A stretch of DNA of 61,451 nt, counting the filler, from Bipalium vagum (lineage: Eukaryota), in NCBI GenBank assembly GCA_037834085.1. It is 3 parts of 3 records of this genome, joined end to end, with 100 filler letters (N's around TTAATTAATTAA, not from the genome) between each part and the next. Parts side by side here need not be neighbours in the genome. Positions count along the whole stretch, not along the records: positions 40,484 to 61,451 come from JBBMKC010243599.1; 2 more parts are not named here. One strand, 5' to 3'. Made by a program: the position numbers and the translations under genes. The number at the start of each line of letters is the position of its first letter. Position 1 is the first letter of the stretch. The notes beneath the pieces are model-generated. The model ran no database searches. It saw only the letters and a list, made by a program, of their open reading frames with translations, and was not told the DNA's origin. This document shows positions 51,347 to 61,451 of this stretch, piece after piece.

Positions 51347-52207
51347 TTTTCATAAATAAAATTGGTTCTTAAATATTTTAAAAATTTAACTGAATTTGTA
51401 GATTATGTATTATCATTTCAGCATAATGGTTTAAATTGTGAATTATTCTTTTAAATAAATTTTTTAATGTTAAAATTGTCTATGTTTCATATACCATTAA
51501 TAAAATAAACTGAAATGTAAAATAAATATGGTTATATTTTATGTAATGACTAAACTAAGTTTATAAGAAATCTTATTATAATCTTATAAGAAAACTTATC
51601 CTTCTACGAATTATGCTGTCCATAAATTACAAATACGATACCAGTTTAAGAGAAATTTAACATAATTTTTATTACTTGCTATTTTAAATCAGAATCTATT
51701 TTGTTTGTATCGAAAATTTTGAGCAGGCTACAATTGAAAACTCGACAAAAACAATAGTTAAAAATAAGGTTGGAACATAAACATTGTTCTTCACAAATCA
51801 AAGGAAATTATTGTTATTTGAACGTCTATCATCATACAGATAGCGATATTTTTTAAACTTATTACGCAAAAAAATTCTAAATGAAAAGTATTTTCTTTTT
51901 AAGCAAACCACATAATTTTGCAAAATTAAAGTTAAACAAAATGACTTAAGTAACTAAACAGTAAAAAAAAAGATTAAGATCAAATTTTAAAGGAAAATAT
52001 TGGAAAAGAAAAAAAGGAATTATTAATATAGACAGTAAAAATCTGAGATTTTCTTCAACACGACAAGATTTCCAAAAATACCAACGACAAAAAATACAAA
52101 ACTGACAGAAATATTTCTGTTACTGATTACGAATTATTGTTGACAAGACCTTTGAATGGTGGTAATTAATAATTCTCAACAGTCAATGACAATAGATGAT
52201 CAACGAT

Positions 52208-54547
52208 CTAATTATGCGACACAGTTGAAGAGTAAACGCTACTGCAGGCCACAATTCTCTTTCTTATTTTGAATTGCGACTTGACATTTGGAATTATCTC
52301 ATTTTTGGTGGATACATCAAAGTCGGGCTTCAAATAATTGAGCGCAGTGTTGTTTAGATATGGTTTGAATAGTGGCTGTCTTGTGAAATGATTGACTCTG
52401 GAATTTAACGTCTTATTTGAAGATATGCACGGGGCTTAAATGATAATATTATTAAATATTGTGATAATCAATTATCATCAGATATATTTTTTTTTGTTTA
52501 TCATCTTCAACAGAACTTACATTTGCAACGGGATGAATCTGAATTTACAACTTTACAATCGGTTAGTAAGTCAACAACAACTGTGGTGTTGGATTCTGTG
52601 GAATCATTGCATTCATTGTAATGTGAGTTATTTTCGCAAAGATATCCCATATCGACATCATTAATGTCCACTTCAATTCGCGATGAACTGTTTTGATTTT
52701 GATCGTCACAGTCACTAAGTTTAATTTTCTGGTTCTTGGACCATGTTCTGTTGATATCGCTGTTGATTTTGTTCTCGTCGTATAATTTATATGTCCGACT
52801 TCTCCAATGGGTCTGATCGGCATCAATATGGGACATTTCTTATTGGAAAAAAAAATGGAAATCAATATCAAACTTAATCAAGAAAGACAATTAAAACTAG
52901 CCGAATTCCAAATGATTCTGAACATTTACAACGAGTGAATCGATAATGTCCAGTGGTAAAGAATGCTGTATTAATTCATCATTACTGTGTCGGTTTATGG
53001 TATGAATGAAAAAATTGTGAAACACTTTCGTTTGGAAAAGTGAGATTTAGTGGACATAGAAAGAAAAATGTGTGGACTTCAAAGCATTAATGAATAAGTT
53101 ATTTAATTCTTTTTTAAATTGGACAGAGTGCACAGAGCAAGACAACTAAGAGGTTCGTTCATATAACGGAATTCGTTCAATTAGACACAACAAAAATAGA
53201 TCAATACTATGGATCGCTCAAGATCGTGGATAATTTTCTCGATAGACATAATATAATTTCACTTAATTGACTTCGGATTGATAAAATGAGAAAGATTATC
53301 GATTTAATTTGTGATTTAGTGAAACAACAAATCCATTTTCTAAGTCTAATTAGCGGTGAAATTAATTACGCATACAGAAGTGTTTTCACTTACATTACAG
53401 TTTGAAAATCAGTGTAATCACAAGTCATAAACATTCTACTAAAGGAATTAAGACATAACGGATAATAACATTTTAAATTTCTTTTACTGGATAAATTAAA
53501 ATTTTAGTGCCCATTCAGAATTAAAAATCTGTTTTAAAAGAATGACCTTTTATTCTTGTTTAAAACTTTATAAAGTTATTGGACAGTCAACCATATCAAC
53601 AACTTTAACTTCAACATATTTCTCGTAAATGTCCCTCTAATCTTATAAACAAGCATTTTAAAGGAGAACTAGATTCTAAATGGCGAAGAAGCTGAATAAC
53701 GAAGTGTGGGGTCTCAAACTGTTAAGACAGGACATGGATCAATTTATCCAAGAAATATGTCTTTTTTTTATACATTATGTTTGTTTTAATCAACGTTGGC
53801 CTGTAGTGGTCTACAGACTATCACAAAACTTCACCGACAGACATCCGAAGAGACTATAACTTATTTTTAAAAAATAAAATCGAAAACAAACTTTGAACAG
53901 ACGGGGAAATGGTTGATAATATTTTGGGATGAAAAGATCCTTCAATTGAATCTCCGTCAATCGGAACCGATGGGAAGAAATTATTGATTCCATTGACGCA
54001 CTTAACATTGACAAGGTTGCTCTTATCGGGTACAAGTCTTGATGACTTTTGAGAACGAACGTTAATTTTAGATTCATTGTTCTGCGGGGGTTCAAATGCA
54101 CCATTGCGTGATTGTTGTTGCTGTTGTTGGTGACATTTGAAAATTTCTTTTGATAATGTTTTAATAGAGTCAGGCTCCAGTGTTTGAGACCTTTGAAATT
54201 CGTTCGTTGTCGAGCTCGACTTAATATTCGCAGGTATGGTGTTGACGTCATGTTTGACGATTGTTCTAATTGAACTTCTTCGATGAGAAACGTTACCGGT
54301 TCTAAATTATCAATTAATTTCAACACAAAATGTAAAGACCAGATTTGACACCTGGATTTTCTATCAGAACCAATCTTGGATTGTGAATTCGTTGTTCTGG
54401 AATGGGATCCAACAGCGTATCCCCTGCAGCCATATGTGGTTGAAAGAACTGGTTTTCGGGGCGACGAACATTGAATGTTCTTGTTTCTATTCTCCTTGAA
54501 ATTGTTGGACCTATTTGTGAATGATTTATATTATGCTTTGTGTTCAT
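52208..54547 (-). CDS. Unidentified multi-exon gene(s); confident exons 52208-52434 and 52521-52838, likely ~53892-54301 and ~54352-54547
   Basis: 52521-52838 splices (T|gtaagt..ttaag|CC) into a 75-codon open terminal exon ending TAG. MNTKH..ENP|gt..ag|EPVTFLIEEVQLE joins the two upstream ORFs in frame. The middle part is unresolved and may be two genes. Confidence 0.55.
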
Positions 54548-55169
54548 TAATGATTTTCATTTTTAATCAGGATATTCGTAATTTTGTAACAGGTTTGATA
54601 ATAGATTTTAAAAGATAACTTAAAATTTCAAGGAAAAATCAATGAAACTGAATAATCAATCAATCAAGTTATCTTTTCTGAATTATACAATTAAGTTTTA
54701 TAGATAATCAAAAAATGGTGTTATTTTTGTTTGAAACTGAATTTTCTGTTTCATTTCTCCAAAATTAAGGTTCAATTTAACTGATAAAATTATTGATCAT
54801 TTTTTATATTTTCTAAAATATGGAGAACTGGAACACCGGAAAAAGAGAGCTTTCTCATTCGATGTGATAAATGAACTTTTATTATTATTATTATTTATTT
54901 TTAAAAAAAAAAATAAATTGATGTTACCAAAAGAATTTTTTTATTAGAAAACTAAACTGAAAACCATTCAAAAAATTATAAAATAATCCGAAAACGCAAT
55001 GAAACTAAACCAACGAGTTACGCTAATAATATTTCATGCCTGAAGTTACCTTCCGATTGTCTAAAGTTATGAAATGAATTAATCAAACTTACTTTTTCGA
55101 AGTAAAAAACTCAGATTATTATTTAATTCTTTTAATATTGATTGATTTTGAGAATAATGGTAAAACTAT

Positions 55170-55960
55170 TAGGTTGTCAAGAAAGTAATTATCGAATTTT
55201 TGAAGAAACAAAAGACATGAAACTATATATTTTTATTTATTTGTCATCTTCCCAGGAGCAAAAAAATTTAACAAAAGCAGTAACAAATCAAATTTGACGT
55301 CTTTATCATTAGTAAAAGTTTTATCATTGAAGAGGTTTTGCATATAGAGAAACAAATGTTAAGGAAATGCCGAAGTCTGGGCTATGCGGATCATTTGGCA
55401 ATATGTTCAAACCAAAGTTGAATAATTTTGATGAGTGGACAAAGTGTGATTTTGCCTAGTCTTGATGAAAAACAATATATTTACGTTTTCCAAATTTTGA
55501 ACTTTTTACTTGAATTTCCGTGTATAACTTTGTCAACTGATCAATGTACATATCGAAATTAATTTTTTGCTTGACAAAATTTCAAAATATGATTACTTGA
55601 TAACCCCACCAAATATTTAACATAATTTTCTTTTGATGATTATCAGCATTGAATAACGTCTGTGCTGCTTTTTCTGATCCTTTCCGTTTAATATTATTGA
55701 AGCAAATCATCGAAAATTATCAATTGTTTCAAATTGACATTTACCGGATTTCTAGAGACAAGATTTATTTTTTTTGCTCTTGATAAGCAAATCTGAGATT
55801 TCAGAGCGTTGTCTAATATGACTTTCTTTATATTGGTAAGGAATCCAAAAATAAAGTATTTCACAAAGCCATCATTCTTGATATGGTTGCAAAGTTACAA
55901 TTTGTTTTGTGACGATCTTCGTTAATTAAGTCATTGATTTCGTCGACAACGAAATCATCT
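55170..55960 (-). mobile_element. Degenerate mariner with TIR
   Basis: TA|ttaggttgtcaagaaagtaatt (Hsmar1-like TIR), IVFHQD and PHSPD motifs. Shares cttgataagcaaat..gatttca..gttgtctaat with a related remnant at ~44820-44860. Confidence 0.7.
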
Positions 55961-56222
55961 AGTTGACAGCAAGATATAATAATAAAAAAGAAAAATTTCA
56001 TAAATTCCTAAATATAATAATTGAATATCAATAAAAATTACATTAAATTGCACGGATAACCCAGTAAAAATTGAAAAAAAAAATTTTAATAGTTGATAAA
56101 AATTCATGAAATGAGGAGAAAATGCTGATAAAATTTTTATGTAACCAATAATTGTTTTAGAAAATCATAACAATTAAATTCTCCCTTATTTTTTCGACAT
56201 AAATATTCAAATTCCGTCAAAG

Positions 56223-57327
56223 GTTCTGTCCCAATTTTAAAATGTCAGAAAAAATTAAAATAGATAGTTTTAATGAAATATAAATAACCAAGAAAGACAA
56301 CTTTGTCCTAACAATTATAAGAGTTAGTAGGCACCATATTCATATACTTCATATATTTCAGCAACTACTTAAAATTTTCCAGATTCATTTGATGATTGAT
56401 ACACCCTTCTTTAAAATTGACCATATCTTGTAATCAATGTGATTAAAGTCTGGGTTCGAAGAGAGCTATTGTTCTAGACAGATCAACTCAATGTTTTGTG
56501 GTATTAGTCTTATGAATCGATGCAAAGTCCTTCTGAAATATCAAATGCTTATTTTAAAAATTGTTGAATCTAAGGGTTTAAATATATTACCCAGAACACT
56601 TTAGAGACAGTTTTGACATCATTTTGAATAAATTTACCTCAGGGAATCCCACTTCCAAACCGCGACCTGATGATAGCTTCGTACGTAATTTAGAAGCTTT
56701 TTCACAGGTTTCATAACTGTTGAAAGTAGATATTTTATTATTTTGCTTGTTTGGATACTGCTCAAAGGGAAAAATATATTTCTCTCAAGAGAACAAAATT
56801 TGACAATCTTCATTGTCCACGTAATGCTGCGGGAGTCCCCTCGAAATTTCATGTCTAATTATTATCAGGGTTGATTGACGTAATGATAATTACTTTTTCG
56901 ATCGAAGTTCTCGTCACCATTTATTACTCTTTCTCACAGATTCTTTCGATATTTTCATTTGCTTAGACATTATTTTCTACATTACTAATTTCAGCATTGA
57001 CTGCTGCTTTTCTCTTGGAACGTGGTTCACTCCTGCGTGACTATTTATTAATTGAGATCTGATTATATCTATTAATAGTCTTATAAGAAACCCTCTCTGT
57101 AACCTCGAGATTCTTCAAAAATCGGAGTATCGTTGTTGGTGTCCGCACACGTGTAAAGCCAAAAACAGAAACGCAGTTATTTTTGATTGGTCATTTCATA
57201 TTTAATTTAAAATCGATTTAGAAAAACAATGATTTTTAAGTTCAACCAACATAAAGGTTAAAATAAATACGTATTTTATCTTTCTCTAAAATTTATATAT
57301 TTTTAGGATCAAAATTTGGGACAGAAC
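56223..57327 (-). mobile_element. maT/DD37D transposon remnant with TIRs
   Basis: TIR gttctgtcccaatttt (56223-56238) / aaaatttgggacagaac (57311-57327). RRSEPRSKR, ILFS..EQYPNKQNNKI, FQKDFASIHKTNTT (cf. FQQDSAPAHKAKTT), SNPDFNHIDYKIWSIL (cf. SSPDLNPLDYKIWS). Confidence 0.8.
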
Positions 57328-57461
57328 TTATGAAAATATATTCGTATTTAGTTCTGATTTTGTTTTAGAGGAAGAGAAAATAATAAATAATAAATATTAA
57401 TACTAAATTGTCAGTAAGACCATCTCTATTTTAAGTTCTATTTCCATATGAAAAATAAGAT

Positions 57462-58030
57462 TTAACAATAACAGTACCTTAGCGCTAATTTTTGACGTCG
57501 TTTCAAGGTTGCTGAAGACAATTTGGCTGATGATTTCGTTCGGGATTCATGAGGATCCATAGATGTTTCGGGATCAAGAAGTTCCTTGCCATTATTCTGA
57601 AGTCTGGAGGTTGTTGATATCATTATTTGGTCGATATGGTTACGCATAAGTCGCATTTGCAGGAAAGATGGCCAGGTGAAAAAGATGTCATGCAGCTCAG
57701 ATAGAGCGGCTTTTATTTGTGAAACTAAGCGTTGCTGAAAAGAAATAATTTCCTGATTGTTTCGCCTAGTAAAAAATCTTGATGTTGTACACTCATCAGA
57801 TTGGGAATTATCACCGGACAATCTTTCCTGTCTTAACTTGATGGCCAATTGAGCCGTGTCCTAAAAATTAGATGCGAAAATTTCAAAAAATATACACTTT
57901 CCCCTATTACCTTTATAGTGATAATAATATTCTGAACTTTGTCCGTTTCATAAAGAGTTCGCACAATATAGCCTTTAATAAGAGCAGTAAATTTCACAAA
58001 ACCATTTCTAATTCGCGGACATTGCAGCAT
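57462..58030 (-). CDS. CCP110: Centriolar coiled-coil protein CP110, calmodulin-binding C-terminal region; exons 57911-58030 and 57462/57478-57860
   Basis: KFTALIKGYIVRTLYETDKVQNIIITIK|DT..QQRLVSQIKAALSELHDIFF..KLSSAT aligns with CP110 [51 protein letters not shown]. 50-nt phase-0 intron. Confidence 0.85.
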
Positions 58031-58929
58031 CTATTTCAAGAATATAAAAATGTGGAAAACATTTCCAGAAAAGAATTTTAGACAACAAAAGCGTATCAAA
58101 CTTAAATTAAGTTGTGTACACGTTAAACTTTTTTTGATAAAAGAAATTAATTTAGATGGTCCTTTTTTCGCCAAGGATCCCAATACCTGCCAATCAGATG
58201 GGAAAAAATAACATCAAACCATGGAAAATACCTTGATTAGTACATGTTTTTCATAATAGTGTTTTTTGTATTTAAAAAACGGGTCAAATTAATAAACATA
58301 TTTAATCCTATTATGAAAATTGGCCCAAAGATTTCAATTTACTTCTCAAACCCTTCAATCATCTTCAAATCCAATTCCAAAATCAAACATATCTTTTACT
58401 TGAAATATAATACCACCTAGAATTTAAGTGTGAATTTTAAAACTTTTGGTACTAAATTAATATAAGCCACTGTCTTATCTTCGAGGTAGACATAAATAAA
58501 AAATAATTAAACTTTCAACACAAATAAATAATGAAATAGTATTTTAATTGCATTTGATTTAAATAGAGTTATCTCAAAAGTCACAATTTATTTACAAACT
58601 TAAAAAGTTCATCATCTCTAATAGAAATTAATGTTTAGTTTTATCGGTTTTCATCTCAGAATTCATCGTTTCCCACAAATTCCAGTGGTTTTACTCTAGT
58701 GTTTTATAAAGGAATTCAAGGCAAAAATAAAATTTATTTCTCATAATGGACTATGTCGGTATTTGTTTAATAATATCTAAAGTCCATTAATCATTAAATT
58801 TTGGTAAAATCTTTTGAAATTTTTTAATAGATAAAAGAATTTTTTTTACATACCATTATTACAGGGTTATGCAGAAATATATTCAAAATATTTCATATCA
58901 AATACACGAGTGGAGATGTGCATATAAAA

Positions 58930-59380
58930 ACAATAAAACATTACGGGAAGAAAGTCTTATCTCACCAAGGCTTTATATTTCGAAAATAACCACTTAAATC
59001 GATATCGTCTTGCATGAGTACTTGGGTAATCAATTCTTTTAAATGGTCTCGATCTATAATGGTTCTCATAAAGGATGATATTTGCGACTGAAAAACTACT
59101 GAAAAACTCTTCGATCGGGTTTAATTGAGCCGAGTATGGTGGCAAAAACTTCTGGTTTGGTGTAAGTTGACTCCTGTGTCATCTAAGTAAACCGGCTTAC
59201 AGTTTTCAATTTAATCAATGTCCCTCGAATAAATCTGTCTAGTCTCAATGTTTTACTATAATTTCTTTCTTCGGGAACTCTGACTAATCGCTTTATTTTA
59301 TAATTTATCTCACGTAAAATTCTTGAGACCGTACTTAGGCTGACTAAAATGCAATCAAATTCAAATAGAAACAATCGAAT
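58930..59380 (-). mobile_element. IS630/Tc1-like transposase remnant
   Basis: VSLSTVSRILREINYKIKRLVRVPEERN and FLPPYSAQLNPIEEFFS. Confidence 0.8.
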
Positions 59381-59593
59381 ATTTTTTCTATATATTTCTG
59401 AATAACTTTCTATATATTTTGAATATTTTTCTATTTATTTCTGTATAAACCTGTAAATGAAATATTAAAATCATTCAAAAAGAAAAAATTGTAACTTTTT
59501 TATGGATGATAAATACTATTAAGAAATAAATATGAAATTTATTTTTTTAAAAATAAAGAATTAAAAACTTTGTTATCAAATTAAAAGTAGATA

Positions 59594-60340
59594 TTGGGTT
59601 GTTTAATAAGTCAGTGCGTTATTTTCAGTATTTTTAATAGTTTTAGCCTTTCAATATGTCAATATATATCATTATACATCATAATTTACAATTGATTGTT
59701 TATTTAAATTAAAAAAAGTAAGTACAATTTGATCCTCATTTTTAAAACTGTTTGTGTTTTTATAGTGTTTCAAAAAATGGAGAACTTTGACGAGCAAGTG
59801 TGGAATATTTTTTTTTCTTTTACTTCAAAAAAGTAAAATAAAAACCACTGAGACCAGAAAAAAATTAGTGAAAATTTATGGAGAAGATATGATTAAAGAA
59901 AAACATTGCCAGAAATGGTTTTCCCGTTGTTGTAATGGGATTTTTTCCTTCAAGGATGCTCTTCGGCCTGGGAAACCTGTTACGATTGTCATCGACAGAA
60001 TTACAACTTTTGTGAAAGTAAATAGACATTCAACGCTCAGAGAAATTGTGAGTGCTTAAAATTTGTCAGTAGAAAGCGATCATTGTCACTAAAAGTCCGC
60101 AGGGTTCATAAAAACTTGAATGTCTGGTCTCGCACGAATTGAAAGAAATTTACAAAGTCAATCAAATTGAAACTTGCGATCAACTTATGAAACAAAAAGA
60201 AGGCGATCCCTTTTTAAGGCAAACGAAAACGGGCGATGAAAATTGGATCGTCTACAATAATGTCAACAGAAAAAGAAGTTAGTATAAAAAAGATGAAGCA
60301 CAGGAGAGGCAAGCAGAAACAAATATTCAAATCCAAAATT
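59594..60340 (+). mobile_element. mariner 5' half (TIR plus N-terminal transposase)
   Basis: TA|ttgggttgtttaataagtc TIR. IYGEDMIKEKHCQKWFSR..DALRPGKP, SHEL (cf. WVPHEL), TGDENWIVYNNVNRKRS. Confidence 0.85.
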
Positions 60341-60499
60341 CCACACTGGGCAGCCTAATGACATTTCTTCTAAAAAAACTGATAATAAAGCAAGTACACG
60401 AAATAATTTGGTCGACAATAATGTTTAATAAAAAATTAAGATCTCTGATTACGACAGCAATGCATTATTAAAAAAAATTTAACAGCAATAGAAAATATG

Positions 60500-60848
60500 T
60501 ACATAGTTAGAACATTATTTGCATGTTTTGTATGCGAAATGTAGGATGTCAGACTTCATGGTCTCAAATAACACTTGAACATCATCTTCCGTTAATGTAT
60601 CTACCACCATTTTCCATTTGCAACGCAAATCTTTTACACTTTGTATTAACTTTTGTTTTTAGGAGTTTTCTTTTCATTATTACCCAATATTTTTCTACGG
60701 GCCTCAGTTGCGGGCAGTTTGGCGGATTCATGTTTTTTATTACATATGAAACATCATTTTGTTGATACCAGTTAAGAGTTAATTTATTATAAAATGAAGA
60801 TGCCAAAAACAGTACAGATCCGTTTTGAAACTTGAGGAAAGACAACAA
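60500..60848 (-). mobile_element. ITmD37E-type Tc1-like transposase C-terminal remnant
   Basis: LASSFYNKLTLNWYQQNDVSYVIKNMNPPNCPQLRPVEKYWVIMKRKL matches the DLASxHY..WY..NPPNCPxLRPIExYW signature. Confidence 0.75.
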
Positions 60849-60871
60849 TAACGCATTGAATTGAAAGATAA

Positions 60872-61360
60872 TGATGAATGAGCTCCGTCGTGGAGCAATT
60901 AATTTCTTTATCTAACTTTGTCTCGGGGTAGAGACAAGGTTAGAAATAATGGGCTATTGATGGAAATAGCCGTCTCGAAGCGTAGGGATTGGTGATCGTA
61001 GCCCAATCTCTACGACTATATAAAGAGAAAGGTATTCCCAGAAATTTACCCAAAACGAATTTCAGATGATATACAGACAATTTCAGAAGGATACACTGAA
61101 TATTTCAGAAAGACGATTTATACGATTTTATGCAATTTTCCAGAGGACCCGAGGACAATTCAAGGATTCCCATATTCATTTGTTTGTGGATATGCTATAA
61201 CAAGAGGATTTACCAAGGGTACCCATCGTATTTGGGAATCACTAGATGACCTGCAAAGGACCTAAAGGACAACCCGGGGACCCCTTGTCGCTCCTGGTGA
61301 GATCATTTATTTTGTTAACTTTCGAACTCTTTCTCTTTGTGATTATTCTTCTCGACCTTT
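60872..61360 (+). repeat. Hairpin/TATA dispersed repeat, copy A (most complete)
   Basis: Four inverted repeats (60882-60896, 60911-60944, 60952-60971, 60981-61014), TATATAAA at 61017-61024, three tttcaga-containing ~21-nt repeats, and a 3' block homologous to 10270-10400. Confidence 0.8.
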
Positions 61361-61381
61361 TCTTTATAACTATTTAATTAA

Positions 61382-61382
<1 letters not shown>

Positions 61383-61451
<69 letters not shown>
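61383..61451. repeat. (TAT)n microsatellite
   Basis: Direct reading. Confidence 0.95.

Noticed and set aside
56330-57170. Apparent downstream CP110 exons, including ORF 56634-56852
   Set aside because: The translated pieces match maT/DD37D transposase motifs and are bounded by TIRs.
61058-61112. Three ~21-nt repeats resembling a mini CRISPR array
   Set aside because: Degenerate tandem repeat in a eukaryotic element, with no unique spacers and no cas genes.

Overview
AT-rich invertebrate (metazoan) nuclear DNA with very short (38-50 nt) spliceosomal introns. A flatworm-like origin is only a guess. The window is three contigs joined by artificial 100-nt spacers (44N-TTAATTAATTAA-44N at 16209-16308 and 40384-40483), so adjacency across them is not evidence of synteny. 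Host genes: importin-7 (4777-7868, one 5' intron); a divergent LZTS/Fez1-family gene spread over >11 kb on the minus strand (18683-30094 and probably further); a SIK-family kinase (41422-43156, minus); ribosomal stalk protein RPLP1 (50935-51346); the calmodulin-binding part of CP110 (57462-58030, minus); an unidentified multi-exon gene (52208-54547); and a small membrane-protein ORF (14465-14734). Intergenic DNA is full of decayed DNA transposons (many mariners, maT/DD37D, rosa/DD41D, ITmD37E, IS630/Tc1-like, pogo, Merlin, hAT-like) plus a Polinton/adintovirus-type DD(33)E integrase fossil. The most unusual signal is a dispersed non-coding repeat family with three diverged copies (10270-11800, split by a Tc1-like insertion; 49270-49450; 60870-61360). 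Each copy has palindromes or hairpins directly before a TATA box, and pairing appears to be kept while the sequence diverges.
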